Positions 22,355 through 36,386 of a stretch of DNA of 64,000 nucleotides are shown one piece after another. The stretch's first letter is position 1; each line of letters opens with the position of its first letter. Made by a program: the position numbers and the translations under genes. This stretch comes from Squalus acanthias (lineage: Eukaryota). The notes below the pieces were generated by a model that was given only the letters and a program-made list of their open reading frames with translations, searched no databases and had not been told where the DNA came from. The DNA lies in contig JASTWF010000322.1 in the NCBI GenBank assembly GCA_030390025.1, positions 186,001 through 250,000 of the forward strand. The letters run 5' to 3'.

Positions 22355-25300
22355 ATGATGGAGGGTGTGGGAGGTCTATCTCAGGCTGTGATGGAGGGTG
22401 TGGGAGGTCTATCTCAGGCTGTGATGGAGGGTGCGGGAGGTCTATCTCAGGCTCTCAGGCTGTGATGGAGGGTGTGGGAGGTCTATCTCAGGCTGTGATG
22501 GAGGGTGTGGGAGGTCTATCTCAGGCTGTGATGGAGGGTGTGGGAGGTCTATCTCAGGCTGTGATGGAGGGTGTGGGAGGTCTATCTCAGGCTGTGATGG
22601 AGGGTGTGGGAGGTCTATCTCAGGCTGTGATGGAGGGTGTGGGAGGTCTATCTCAGGCTGTGATGGAGGGTGTGGGAGGTCTATCTCAAGCTGTGATGGA
22701 GGGTGTGGGAGGACTATCTCAGGCTCTCAGGCTGTGATGGAGGGTGTGGGAGGTCTATCTCAGGCTCTCAGACTGTGATGGAGGGTGTGGGAGGTCTATC
22801 TCAGGCTGTGATGGAGGGTGTGGGAGGTCTATCTCAGGCTGTGATGGAGGGTGTGGGAGGTCTATCTCAGGCTGTGATGGAAGGTGTGGGAGGTCTATCT
22901 CAGGCTGTGATGGAGGGTGTGGGAGGTCTATCTCAGGCTGTGATGGAGGGTGTGGGAGGTCTATCTCAGGCTGTGATGGAAGGTGTGGGAGGTCTATCTC
23001 ATGCTGTGATGGAGGGTGTGGGAGGTCTATCTCAGGCTGTGATGGAGGGTGTGGGAGGTCTATCTCAGGCTGTGATGGAGGGTGTGGGAGGTCTATCACA
23101 GGCTGTGATGGAGGGTGTGAGAGGTCTATCTCAGGCTGTGATGGAGGGAGTGGGAGGTCTATCTCGGGCTCTCAGGCTGTGATGGAGGGTGTGGGAGGTC
23201 TACCTCAGGCTGTGATGGAGGGTGTGGGAGGTCTATCTCAGGCTGTGATGGAGGGTGTGGGAGGTCTATCTCAGGCTGTGATGGAGGGCGTGGGAGGTCT
23301 ATCTCAGGCTGTGATGGAGGGTGTGGGAGGTCTATCTCGGGCTCTCAGGCTGTGATGGAGGGTGTGGGTGGTCTATCTCAGTCTGTGATGGAGGGTGTGG
23401 GAGGTCTATCTCAGGCTGTGATGGAGGGTGTGGGAGGTCTATCTCAGGCTGTGATGGAGGGTGTGGGAGGTCTATCTCAGGCTGTGATGGAGGGTGTGGG
23501 AGGTCTATCTCAGGCTGTGATGGAGGGTGTGGGTGGTCTATCTCAGGCTGTGATGGAGGGTGTGGGAGGTCTATCTCGGGCTCTCAGGCTGTGATGGAGG
23601 GGGTGGGAGGTCTATCTCAGGCTGTGATGGAGGGTGTGGGAGGTCTATCTCAGGCTGTGATGGAGGGTGTGGGAGGTCTATCTCAGGCTGTGATGGAGGG
23701 CGTGGGAGGTCTATCTCAGGCTCTCAGGCTGTGATGGAGGGTGTGGGAGGTCTATCTCGGGCTCTCAGGCTGTGATGGAGGGTGTGGGTGGTCTATCTCA
23801 GGCTGTGATGGAGGGTGCGGGAGGTCTATCTCAGGCTCTCAGGCTGTGATGGAGGGTGTGGGAGGTCTATCTCAGGCTGTGATGGAGGGTGTGGGAGGTC
23901 TATCTCAGGCTGTGATGGAGGGTGTGGGAGGTCTATCTCAGGCTGTGATGGAGGGTGCGGGAGGTCTATCTCAGGCTCTCAGGCTGTGATGGAGGGTGTG
24001 GGAGGTCTATCTCAGGCTGTGATGGAGGGTGTGGGAGGTCTATCTCAGGCTGTGATGGAGGGTGTGGGAGGTCTATCTCAGGCTGTGATGGAGGGTGTGG
24101 GAGGTCTATCTCAGGCTGTGATGGAGGGTGTGGGAGGTCTATCTCAGGCTGTGATGGAGGGTGTGGGAGGTCTATCTCAGGCTGTGATGGAGGGTGTGGG
24201 AGGTCTATCTCAAGCTGTGATGGAGGGTGTGGGAGGACTATCTCAGGCTCTCAGGCTGTGATGGAGGGTGTGGGAGGTCTATCTCAGGCTCTCAGACTGT
24301 GATGGAGGGTGTGGGAGGTCTATCTCAGGCTGTGATGGAGGGTGTGGGAGGTCTATCTCAGGCTGTGATGGAGGGTGTGGGAGGTCTATCTCAGGCTGTG
24401 ATGGAAGGTGTGGGAGGTCTATCTCAGGCTGTGATGGAGGGTGTGGGAGGTCTATCTCAGGCTGTGATGGAGGGTGTGGGAGGTCTATCTCAGGCTGTGA
24501 TGGAAGGTGTGGGAGGTCTATCTCATGCTGTGATGGAGGGTGTGGGAGGTCTATCTCAGGCTGTGATGGAGGGTGTGGGAGGTCTATCTCAGGCTGTGAT
24601 GGAGGGTGTGGGAGGTCTATCACAGGCTGTGATGGAGGGTGTGAGAGGTCTATCTCAGGCTGTGATGGAGGGAGTGGGAGGTCTATCTCGGGCTCTCAGG
24701 CTGTGATGGAGGGTGTGGGAGGTCTACCTCAGGCTGTGATGGAGGGTGTGGGAGGTCTATCTCAGGCTGTGATGGAGGGTGTGGGAGGTCTATCTCAGGC
24801 TGTGATGGAGGGCGTGGGAGGTCTATCTCAGGCTGTGATGGAGGGTGTGGGAGGTCTATCTCGGGCTCTCAGGCTGTGATGGAGGGTGTGGGTGGTCTAT
24901 CTCAGTCTGTGATGGAGGGTGTGGGAGGTCTATCTCAGGCTGTGATGGAGGGTGTGGGAGGTCTATCTCAGGCTGTGATGGAGGGTGTGGGAGGTCTATC
25001 TCAGGCTGTGATGGAGGGTGTGGGAGGTCTATCTCAGGCTGTGATGGAGGGTGTGGGTGGTCTATCTCAGGCTGTGATGGAGGGTGTGGGAGGTCTATCT
25101 CGGGCTCTCAGGCTGTGATGGAGGGGGTGGGAGGTCTATCTCAGGCTGTGATGGAGGGTGTGGGAGGTCTATCTCAGGCTGTGATGGAGGGTGTGGGAGG
25201 TCTATCTCAGGCTGTGATGGAGGGCGTGGGAGGTCTATCTCAGGCTCTCAGGCTGTGATGGAGGGTGTGGGAGGTCTATCTCGGGCTCTCAGGCTGTGAT

Positions 25301-28300
25301 GGAGGGTGTGGGTGGTCTATCTCAGGCTGTGATGGAGGGTGCGGGAGGTCTATCTCAGGCTGTGATGGAGGGTGTGGGAGGTCTATCTCAGGCTCTCAGG
25401 CTGTGATGGAGGGTGTGGGAGGTCTATCTCAGGCTCTCAGGCTGTGATGGAGGGTGTGGGAGGTCTATCTCAGGCTGTGATGGAGGGTGTGGGAGGTCTA
25501 TCTCGGGCTCTCAGGCTGTGATGGAGGGCGTGGGAGGTTTATCTCAGGCTGTGATGGAGGGAGTGGGAGGTCTATCTCAGGCTGTGATGGAGGGCGTGGG
25601 AGGTCTATCTCAGGCTCTCAGGCTGTGATGGAGGGTGTGGGAGGTCTATCTCGGGCTCTCAGGCTGTGATGGAGGGTGTGGGAGGTCTATCTCAGGCTGT
25701 GATGGAGGGTGCGGGAGGTCTATCTCAGGCTCTCAGGCTGTGATGGAGGGTGTGGGAGGTCTATCTCAGGCTGTGATGGAGGGTGTGGGAGGTCTATCTC
25801 AGGCTCTCAGGCTGTGATGGAGGGTGTGGGAGGTCTATCTCGGGCTCTCAGGCTGTGATGGAGGGTGTGGGAGGTCTATCTCAGGCTGTGATGGAGGGTG
25901 TGGGAGGTCTATCTCAGGCTGTGATGGAGGGTGCGGGAGGTCTATCTCAGGCTCTCAGGCTGTGATGGAGGGTGTGGGAGGTCTATCTCAGGCTGTGATG
26001 GAGGGTGCAGGAGTTCTATCTCAGTCTCTCAGGCTGTGATGGAGGGTGTGGGAGGTCTATCTCAGGCTGTGATGGAGGGTGTGGGAGGTCTATCTCAGGC
26101 TCTCAGGCTGTGATGGAGGGTGTGGGAGGTCTATCTCAGGCTCTCAGGCTGTGATGGAGGGTGTGGGAGGTCTATCTCAGGCTGTGATGGAGGGTGCGGG
26201 AGGTCTATCTCAGGCTGTGATGGAGGGTGTGGGAGGTCTACCTCAGGCTGTGATGGAGGGTGTCGGAGGTCTATCTCAGGCTGTGATGGAGGGTGTGGGA
26301 GGTCTATCTCAGGCTGTGATGGAGGGTGTGGGAGGTCTATCTCAGGCTGTGATGGAGGGTGTGGGAGGTCTATCTCAGGCTGTGACGGAGGGTGTGGGAG
26401 GTCTATCTCAGGCTGTGACGGAGGGTGTGGGATGTCTATCTCAGGCTGTGACGGAGGGTGTGGGAGGTCTATCTCAGGCTGTGATGGAGGGTGTGGGAGG
26501 TCTATCTCAGGCTGTGATGGAGGGTGTGGGAGGTCTATCTCAGGCTCTCAGACTGTGATGGAGGGTGTGGGAGGTCTATCTCAGGCTGTGATGGAGGGTG
26601 TGGGAGGTCTATCTCAGGCTCTCAGGCTGTGACGGAGGGTGTGGGAGGTCTATCTCAGGCTGTGATGGAGGGTTTGGGAGGTCTATCTCAGGCTGTGATG
26701 GAGGGTGTGGGAGGTCTATCTCAGGCAATCAGGCTGTGATGGAGGGTGTGGGAGGTCTATCTCAGGCTGTGATGGAGGGTGTGGGAGGTCTATCTCAGGC
26801 TCTCAGGCTGTGATGGAGGGTGTGGGAGGTCTATCTCAGGCTGTGATGGAGGGTGTGGGAGGTCTATCTCAGGCTCTCAGGCTGTGATGGAGGGTGTGGG
26901 AGGTCTATCTCAGGCTCTCAGGCTGTGATGGAGGGTGTGGGAGGTCTATCTCAGGCTGTGATGGAGGGTGTGGGAGGTCTATCTCAGGCTCTCGGGCTGT
27001 GATGGAGGGTGTGGGAGGTCTATCTCAGGCTGTGATGGAGGGTGTGGGAGGTCTATCTCAGGCTCTCAGGCTGTGATGGAGGGTGTGGGAGGTCTATCTC
27101 AGGCTGTGATGGAGGGTGTGGGAGGTCTATCTCAGGCTGTGATGGAGGGAGTGGGAGGTCTATCTCGGGCTCTCAGGCTGTGATGGAGGGTGTGGGAGGT
27201 CTACCTCAGGCTGTGATGGAGGGTGTGGGAGGTCTATCTCAGGCTGTGATGGAGGGTGTGGGAGGTCTATCTCAGGCTGTGATGGAGGGCGTGGGAGGTC
27301 TATCTCAGGCTGTGATGGAGGGTGTGGGAGGTCTATCTCGGGCTCTCAGGCTGTGATGGAGGGTGTGGGTGGTCTATCTCAGTCTGTGATGGAGGGTGTG
27401 GGAGGTCTATCTCAGGCTGTGATGGAGGGTGTGGGAGGTCTATCTCAGGCTGTGATGGAGGGTGTGGGAGGTCTATCTCAGGCTGTGATGGAGGGTGTGG
27501 GAGGTCTATCTCAGGCTGTGATGGAGGGTGTGGGTGGTCTATCTCAGGCTGTGATGGAGGGTGTGGGAGGTCTATCTCGGGCTCTCAGGCTGTGATGGAG
27601 GGGGTGGGAGGTCTATCTCAGGCTGTGATGGAGGGTGTGGGAGGTCTATCTCAGGCTGTGATGGAGGGTGTGGGAGGTCTATCTCAGGCTGTGATGGAGG
27701 GCGTGGGAGGTCTATCTCAGGCTCTCAGGCTGTGATGGAGGGTGTGGGAGGTCTATCTCGGGCTCTCAGGCTGTGATGGAGGGTGTGGGTGGTCTATCTC
27801 AGGCTGTGATGGAGGGTGCGGGAGGTCTATCTCAGGCTCTCAGGCTGTGATGGAGGGTGTGGGAGGTCTATCTCAGGCTGTGATGGAGGGTGTGGGAGGT
27901 CTATCTCAGGCTGTGATGGAGGGTGTGGGAGGTCTATCTCAGGCTGTGATGGAGGGTGCGGGAGGTCTATCTCAGGCTCTCAGGCTGTGATGGAGGGTGT
28001 GGGAGGTCTATCTCAGGCTGTGATGGAGGGTGTGGGAGGTCTATCTCAGGCTGTGATGGAGGGTGTGGGAGGTCTATCTCAGGCTGTGATGGAGGGTGTG
28101 GGAGGTCTATCTCAGGCTGTGATGGAGGGTGTGGGAGGTCTATCTCAGGCTGTGATGGAGGGTGTGGGAGGTCTATCTCAGGCTGTGATGGAGGGTGTGG
28201 GAGGTCTATCTCAAGCTGTGATGGAGGGTGTGGGAGGACTATCTCAGGCTCTCAGGCTGTGATGGAGGGTGTGGGAGGTCTATCTCAGGCTCTCAGACTG

Positions 28301-31300
28301 TGATGGAGGGTGTGGGAGGTCTATCTCAGGCTGTGATGGAGGGTGTGGGAGGTCTATCTCAGGCTGTGATGGAGGGTGTGGGAGGTCTATCTCAGGCTGT
28401 GATGGAAGGTGTGGGAGGTCTATCTCAGGCTGTGATGGAGGGTGTGGGAGGTCTATCTCAGGCTGTGATGGAGGGTGTGGGAGGTCTATCTCAGGCTGTG
28501 ATGGAAGGTGTGGGAGGTCTATCTCATGCTGTGATGGAGGGTGTGGGAGGTCTATCTCAGGCTGTGATGGAGGGTGTGGGAGGTCTATCTCAGGCTGTGA
28601 TGGAGGGTGTGGGAGGTCTATCACAGGCTGTGATGGAGGGTGTGAGAGGTCTATCTCAGGCTGTGATGGAGGGAGTGGGAGGTCTATCTCGGGCTCTCAG
28701 GCTGTGATGGAGGGTGTGGGAGGTCTACCTCAGGCTGTGATGGAGGGTGTGGGAGGTCTATCTCAGGCTGTGATGGAGGGTGTGGGAGGTCTATCTCAGG
28801 CTGTGATGGAGGGCGTGGGAGGTCTATCTCAGGCTGTGATGGAGGGTGTGGGAGGTCTATCTCGGGCTCTCAGGCTGTGATGGAGGGTGTGGGTGGTCTA
28901 TCTCAGTCTGTGATGGAGGGTGTGGGAGGTCTATCTCAGGCTGTGATGGAGGGTGTGGGAGGTCTATCTCAGGCTGTGATGGAGGGTGTGGGAGGTCTAT
29001 CTCAGGCTGTGATGGAGGGTGTGGGAGGTCTATCTCAGGCTGTGATGGAGGGTGTGGGTGGTCTATCTCAGGCTGTGATGGAGGGTGTGGGAGGTCTATC
29101 TCGGGCTCTCAGGCTGTGATGGAGGGGGTGGGAGGTCTATCTCAGGCTGTGATGGAGGGTGTGGGAGGTCTATCTCAGGCTGTGATGGAGGGTGTGGGAG
29201 GTCTATCTCAGGCTGTGATGGAGGGCGTGGGAGGTCTATCTCAGGCTCTCAGGCTGTGATGGAGGGTGTGGGAGGTCTATCTCGGGCTCTCAGGCTGTGA
29301 TGGAGGGTGTGGGTGGTCTATCTCAGGCTGTGATGGAGGGTGCGGGAGGTCTATCTCAGGCTGTGATGGAGGGTGTGGGAGGTCTATCTCAGGCTGTGAT
29401 GGAGGGTGTGGGAGGTCTATCTCAGGCTCTCAGGCTGTGATGGAGGGTGTGGGAGGTCTATCTCAGGCTGTGATGGAGGGTGTGGGAGGTCTATCTCGGG
29501 CTCTCAGGCTGTGATGGAGGGTGTGGGAGGTTTATCTCAGGCTGTGATGGAGGGAGTGGGAGGTCTATCTCAGGCTGTGATGGAGGGCGTGGGAGGTCTA
29601 TCTCAGGCTCTCAGGCTGTGATGGAGGGTGTGGGAGGTCTATCTCGGGCTCTCAGGCTGTGATGGAGGGTGTGGGAGGTCTATCTCAGGCTGTGATGGAG
29701 GGTGCGGGAGGTCTATCTCAGGCTCTCAGGCTGTGATGGAGGGTGTGGGAGGTCTATCTCAGGCTGTGATGGAGGGTGTGGGAGGTCTATCTCAGGCTCT
29801 CAGGCTGTGATGGAGGGTGTGGGAGGTCTATCTCGGGCTCTCAGGCTGTGATGGAGGGTGTGGGAGGTCTATCTCAGGCTGTGATGGAGGGTGTGGGAGG
29901 TCTATCTCAGGCTGTGATGGAGGGTGCGGGAGGTCTATCTCAGGCTCTCAGGCTGTGATGGAGGGTGTGGGAGGTCTATCTCAGGCTGTGATGGAGGGTG
30001 CAGGAGTTCTATCTCAGTCTCTCAGGCTGTGATGGAGGGTGTGGGAGGTCTATCTCAGGCTGTGATGGAGGGTGTGGGAGGTCTATCTCAGGCTCTCAGG
30101 CTGTGATGGAGGGTGTGGGAGGTCTATCTCAGGCTCTCAGGCTGTGATGGAGGGTGTGGGAGGTCTATATCAGGCTGTGATGGAGGGTGCGGGAGGTCTA
30201 TCTCAGGCTGTGATGGAGGGTGTGGGAGGTCTACCTCAGGCTGTGATGGAGGGTGTCGGAGGTCTATCTCAGGCTGTGATGGAGGGTGTGGGAGGTCTAT
30301 CTCAGGCTGTGATGGAGGGTGTGGGAGGTCTATCTCAGGCTGTGATGGAGGGTGTGGGAGGTCTATCTCAGGCTGTGACGGAGGGTGTGGGAGGTCTATC
30401 TCAGGCTGTGACGGAGGGTGTGGGATGTCTATCTCAGGCTGTGACGGAGGGTGTGGGAGGTCTATCTCAGGCTGTGATGGAGGGTGTGGGAGGTCTATCT
30501 CAGGCTGTGATGGAGGGTGTGGGAGGTCTATCTCAGGCTCTCAGACTGTGATGGAGGGTGTGGGAGGTCTATCTCAGGCTGTGATGGAGGGTGTGGGAGG
30601 TCTATCTCAGGCTCTCAGGCTGTGACGGAGGGTGTGGGAGGTCTATCTCAGGCTGTGATGGAGGGTTTGGGAGGTCTATCTCAGGCTGTGATGGAGGGTG
30701 TGGGAGGTCTATCTCAGGCAATCAGGCTGTGATGGAGGGTGTGGGAGGTCTATCTCAGGCTGTGATGGAGGGTGTGGGAGGTCTATCTCAGGCTCTCAGG
30801 CTGTGATGGAGGGTGTGGGAGGTCTATCTCAGGCTGTGATGGAGGGTGTGGGAGGTCTATCTCAGGCTCTCAGGCTGTGATGGAGGGTGTGGGAGGTCTA
30901 TCTCAGGCTCTCAGGCTGTGATGGAGGGTGTGGGAGGTCTATCTCAGGCTGTGATGGAGGGTGTGGGAGGTCTATCTCAGGCTCTCGGGCTGTGATGGAG
31001 GGTGTGGGAGGTCTATCTCAGGCTGTGATGGAGGGTGTGGGAGGTCTATCTCAGGCTCTCAGGCTGTGATGGAGGGTGTGGGAGGTCTATCTCAGGCTGT
31101 GATGGAGGGTGTGGGAGGTCTATCTCAGGCTCTCAGGCTGTGATGGAGGGTGTGGGAGGTCTATCTCAGGCTGTGATGGAGGGTGTGGGAGGTCTATCTC
31201 AGGCTCTCAGGCTGTGATGGAGGGTGTGGGAGGTCTATCTCAGGCTGTGATGGAGGGTGTGGGAGGTCTATCTCAGGCTCTCAGGCTGTGATGGAGGGTG

Positions 31301-31810
31301 TGGGAGGTCTATCTCAGGCTGTGATGGAGGGTGTGGGAGGTCTATCTCAGGCTCTCAGGCTGTGATGGAGGGTGTGGGAGGTCTATCTCAGGCTCTCAGG
31401 CTGTGATGGAGGGTGTGGGAGGTCTATCTCAGGCTGTGATGGAGGGTGTGGGAGGTCTATCTCAGGCTCTCAGGCTGTGATGGAGGGTGTGGGAGGTCTA
31501 TCTCAGGCTGTGATGGAGGGTGTGGGAGGTCTATCTCAGGCTCTCAGGCTGTGATGGAGGGTGTGGGAGGTCTATCTCAGGCTGTGATGGAGGGTGTGGG
31601 AGGTCTATCTCAGGCTCTCAGGCTGTGATGGAGGGTGTGGGAGGTCTATCTCAGGCTGTGATGGAGGGTGTGGGAGGTCTATCTCAGGCTCTCAGGCTGT
31701 GATGGAGGGTGTGGGAGGTCTATCTCAGGCTGTGATGGAGGGTGTGGGAGGTCTATCTCAGGCTCTCAGGCTGTGATGGAGGGTGTGGGAGGTCTATCTC
31801 AGGCTCTCAG
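22355..31810. repeat. About 9.5-kb satellite of 33-bp units with 41-bp variants
   Basis: Unit GTGATGGAGGGTGTGGGAGGTCTATCTCAGGCT; the variant adds CTCAGGCT. Confidence 0.98.
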
Positions 31811-32360
31811 TCGGTTATGAAGGGTGCGGCAGCTGCACCTTCGGCCCCCCGCCTGTGGGGGGCAGCAATGGTGGCTCTGCGCTCCCGGCAGCCTCCGCGC
31901 GCGGGAAAGCGCCCTATGCCGGCGGCGGGCGGCGGCGCTGCGCAGGCGCGGGGCGGGGCGCGGTGCCTGCCGGACAGGCGGCGGACTCAGCCAGCGGCGC
32001 CAGCCCCGTCGGTCGCTCAGTCGGGCGGGCGGGAGGCGCTCGGAGGGACGGACTGCGCCGCCGCCGCCGCGGGAGAGAGAGCGAGAGGCCGCAGGTCAGT
32101 GAGAGAGCGGGCGTGGGGAGAACCGATCGAAAGGGCGCATTTATTCTCTTTAATCACCTTAAGCACCGACGGAAGGGGGCGGCCGGGGTTCGGTTTTATT
32201 AATTTTTTTTTTAAAACAAACAGCCGCCCCGGAATCTGGATGGGGAAAGGAAGAGAGAGAAAAAAAATGTATTTTTTTTCAAATCCGCACCGGCCGCGGC
32301 GACGTCACCAAGCTCCACCTTCTTCCCCCCATGCGCGCTCGCCAGGCCCCGCCCCCCCGC
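31811..32360 (+). promoter_or_regulatory. CpG-island promoter and non-coding exon 1 of the zinc-finger gene
   Basis: Very CpG-rich; GC boxes (ggggcgggg near 31950, ccccgcccc near 32347); donor CAG|GTCAGT at 32094/32095. Confidence 0.7.
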
Positions 32361-34595
32361 TGTGACATCTTCAAGCTCCTCCCTCCTGTTCCTGATCCAC
32401 ATACTGGCCATTGTGACATCATCGAGCTCCTCCCCCCTGTTCCTGATCCTCATACTGACCATTGTGACATCATCGAGCTCCTCCCTCCTGTCCCTGATCC
32501 ACATACTGACCATTGTGACATCATCGAGCTCCTCCCTCCTGTCCCTGATCCACATACTGACCATTGTGACATCATCGAGCTCCTCCCTCCTGTCCCTGAT
32601 CCACATACTGACCATTGTGACATCTTCAAGCTCCTCCCTCCTGTTCCTGATCCACATACTGGCCATTGTGACATCATCGAGCTCCTCCCTCCTGTTCCTG
32701 ATCCTCATACTGACCATTGTGACATCATCGAGCTCCTCCCTCCTGTCCCTGATCCACATACTGGCCATTGTGACATCATCGAGCTCCTCCCCCCTGTTCC
32801 TGATCCACATACTGCCCGTTGTGACATCTTCAAGCAACTCCCTCCTGTTCGTGATCCTCATACTGACCATTGTGACATCATCGAGCTCCTCCCTCCTGTC
32901 CCTGATCCTCATACTGCCCGTTGTGACATCTTCAAGCTCCTCCCTCCTGTTCGTGATCCTCATACTGGCCATTGGGACATCATCGAGCTCCTCCCCCCTG
33001 TTCCTGATCCTCATACTGACCATTGTGACATCATCAAGCTCCTCCCCCCTGTTCCTGATCCTCATACTGACCATTGTGACATCTACGAGCTCCTCCCTCC
33101 TGTTCCTGATCCTCATACTGCCCGTTGTGACATCATCAAGCTCCTCCCCCCTGTTCCTGATCCACATACTGACCATTGTGACATCATCGAGCTCCTCCCC
33201 CCATGTTCCTGATCCACATACTGGCCATTGTGACATCATCGAGCTCCTCCCCCCTGTTCCTGATCCACATACTGACCATTGTGACATCATCAAGCTCCTC
33301 CCCCCTGTTCCTGATCCACATACTGGCCATTGTGACATCATCAAGCTCCTCCCCTGTTCATCAAGCTCCTCCCCAATTCATCAAGCTCCTCCACTGTTCC
33401 TGATCCACATACTCTTGTGACATCATCAAGCTCCTCCCCAATTCATCAAGCTCCTCCCCTGTTCCTGATCCACTTACAGCCCATTGTGACATCATCAAGC
33501 TCCTCCCCCTGTTCCTGATCCAAATACTGATTATTGTGACATCATCAAGCTCCTCCTCCTGTTCATCAAGTTCCTCTCCTGTTCCAGATCCACATACTGC
33601 CCGTTGTGACATCATCAAGCTCCTCCTCCTGTTCATCAAGTTCCTCCCCCTGTTCCTGATCCACTTACAGCCCATTGTGACATCATCAAGCTCCTCCCTA
33701 TTCAAGCTCCTCCCCCTGTTCCTGATCCAAATACTGATTATTGTGACATCATCAAGCTCCTCCTCCTGTTCATCAAGCTCCTCCTCCTGTTCATCAAGCT
33801 CCTCCTCCTGTTCATCAAGCTCCTCCTCCTGTTCATCAAGTTCCTCTCCTGTTCCAGATCCACATACTGCCCGTTGTGACATCATCAAGCTCCTCCTCTG
33901 TTCATCAAGCTCCTCCCCCTGTTCCTGATCCACATACTCTTGTGACATCATCAAGCTCCTCCCCAATTCATCAAGCTCCTCCCCTGTTCCTGATCCACTT
34001 ACAGCCCATTGTGACATCATCAAGCTCCTCCCTATTCAAGCTCCTCCCCCTGTTCCTGATCCAAATACTGATTATTGTGATATCATCAAGCTCCTCCTCC
34101 TGTTTATCAAGCTCCTCCTCCTGTTCATCAAGTTCCTCTCCTGTTCCAGATCCACATACTGCCCGTTGTGACATCATCAAGCTCCTCCTCCTGTTCATTA
34201 AGCTCCTCCCCCCTGTTCCTGATCCACATGCTGCCCATTGTGACATCAAGCTCCTCCCCTATTCAAGCTCCTCTACCCTGTTCCTGATCCAAATACTGAT
34301 TATTGTGACATCAAGCTTCTCCTCCCCCTTCCTGATCTGCATACTGCCCATTGTGACATCATCAAGCTCCTCCCCCCTGTTCCTGATCCACATGCTGCCC
34401 ATTGTGACATCATCAAGCTCCTCCCCTATTCAAGCACCTCTACCCTGTTCCTGATCCAAATACTGATTATTGTGACATCATCAAGCTCCTCCCCCTGTTC
34501 CTGATCCACATGCTGCCTATTGTGACATCAGCAAGCTCCTCCCCCTATTCAAGCTCCTCCCCCCTGTTCCTGATCTGCATACTGCCCATTGTGAC
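32361..34595. repeat. 51-bp minisatellite degenerating into mixed shorter sub-units
   Basis: Unit tgtgacatcatcgagctcctccctcctgttcctgatccacatactgaccat (17-codon period); irregular after about 33350. Confidence 0.95.
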
Positions 34596-34597
34596 AA

Positions 34598-36386
34598 CAT
34601 GTAGATGAGAAATAGGAGGGGGCCAAGGATAGATCCTTGGGGGACACCAGAGGTAACGATGCGGGAGTGGGAAGAGAAGCCGTTGCAGCTGATTCTCTGG
34701 CTACGATTAGATCGATGAGAATGGAACCAGGCGAGTGCAGTCCCACCCAGCTGGATGATGGTGGAGAGGCGTTGGAGGAGGATGGAGTGGTCAACCCGTG
34801 TCAAAGACTGCAGACAAGTCAAGAAGGACGAGGAGGGATAGTTTACCGTTGTCACAGTCACAAAGGATGTCATTTGTGACTTGGACGAGAGCCGTTTCGG
34901 TACTGTGGCAAGGGCGGAAACCTGATTGGAGGGATTCAAATTGCGGGAAAGATGGGCACGGATTTGGGAGGCGACAACACGTTCAAGGACTTTGGAGAGG
35001 AAAGGGAGGTTGATGATGGGGCGGTAGTTTGCAAGGACGGAGGGGTCAAGGGTTGATGTTTTGAGGAGAGGGGTGATGACGGCGGTTTTGGGGGAGAGGG
35101 GGACAGTACCTGAGGAGAGAGAACTATTAACAATATCAGCTAACATGGGAGCCAGAAAAGGAAGTTGGGTGGTCAGCAGTTTGATGGGAATAGGGCCGAG
35201 GGAGCAGGAGGTGTGTCTCATGGACAAGATGAGCGCAGAGAGATCATGAGGGGAGATCGGAGAGAAACTGGAGAAAGATGTGAGTTCAGGGCTAGGACAG
35301 GGGGGAACCTTAGAGGAAGTTTGGCCCAGTGGGCTAGGGGAAGGAAGGGAAGTGGCAGAGGCAGCTGAACGGATGGTCTCAATCTTAGAGACAAAGAAGT
35401 CCATGAGCTCCTCGCACTTGTTGTCGGAGGTGAGGGTGGAGGAGACAGGGGAGAGGGGTTTAAGAAGACGGTTGGCAGTAGAGAATAGAAGCCGGGGTTT
35501 ATCTTTGGATTCCAGAATGATTCTGGAATAGGGAGCAATTTTGGCAGACGAGAGCAGGGCCCGATAATGCTTTATGTGGTCCAGCCAGATCTGGCGGTGA
35601 ATGGCTAAACCAGTTGTCCACCATATCCGTTCGAGTCTGCGTCCCTTGGACTTAAGGGGGCAAAGATGAGGGCCGTACCAGGGGGAGCGGCCAGGGTGAG
35701 AGAGGGTAATTGTTTTAGTCGGGACTGGGGCATTGAGGGTGTGGTTGAGCAGATGGGTAGCTGCAGAAACGTCATGGTGAATGGAGGGCCACAGGCTGGA
35801 CAGTTGGGATTTCGTAAGTGCAGTTGTAAGGGAGTCGGGAGAGAGTTTTTTCCCAGGGGCGGACACAGAAGGAAGTAGGGTTGTGGAGGGAGGTGGGTGG
35901 AAGGGGGATGCGGGTGGAGAGCGATACGAGGAAGTGGTCAGAGACGGCCTTATCCGCAATTGACATGATGGGAGTAGCGAGGCCACGAGAGATGGCAAGG
36001 TCGAGGGGGTGGCCGTGAATATGGGTTGGGGAGTTCACAAGGAGGGAGAGACTCAGGGAGGATAGTGAACTTGGAGGAGAGATCATGATCAATTGAGATG
36101 GAGGTTGAAATCACCAAGGATGAGAAGTCGTTCGGTGCAGAGGCTGAGGGAGGAGAACAGTGAAGATATCTCAGTAATAAATTTTTTATTGTACTTGTGT
36201 GGGCGGTAGAGAACGAGAATTAAATGAGGTGAGAGGGGTGGAATAAGGTGAGGTGCTCAAAGGAGTAGAAAGTGCCGGAGGAGTAGGGGGACAGACCGAG
36301 GTGTGATTTGTTGATGAGAGCCACACTGCCACCACGACGCTCTGAGCGGGGCAAGTGGTGGAAGGTGTAGCCAGGTGGGGAGGCTT
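34598..36386 (-). mobile_element. L2 LINE ORF2 fragment (endonuclease, linker, RT N-terminus), degenerate
   Basis: [35 protein letters not shown] and GVPQGSILGPLLFLIY motifs. Confidence 0.88.

Noticed and set aside
22431..31776. Many Gly/Cys-rich ORFs ([22 protein letters not shown]) resembling keratin-associated or structural proteins
   Set aside because: They are translations of a 33-bp satellite; the 41-bp variants shift frame repeatedly
32211..34454. Long ORFs of 200-377 aa on both strands
   Set aside because: A 51-bp unit without stops is open in several frames at once; no domain, and it lies in the inferred intron 1
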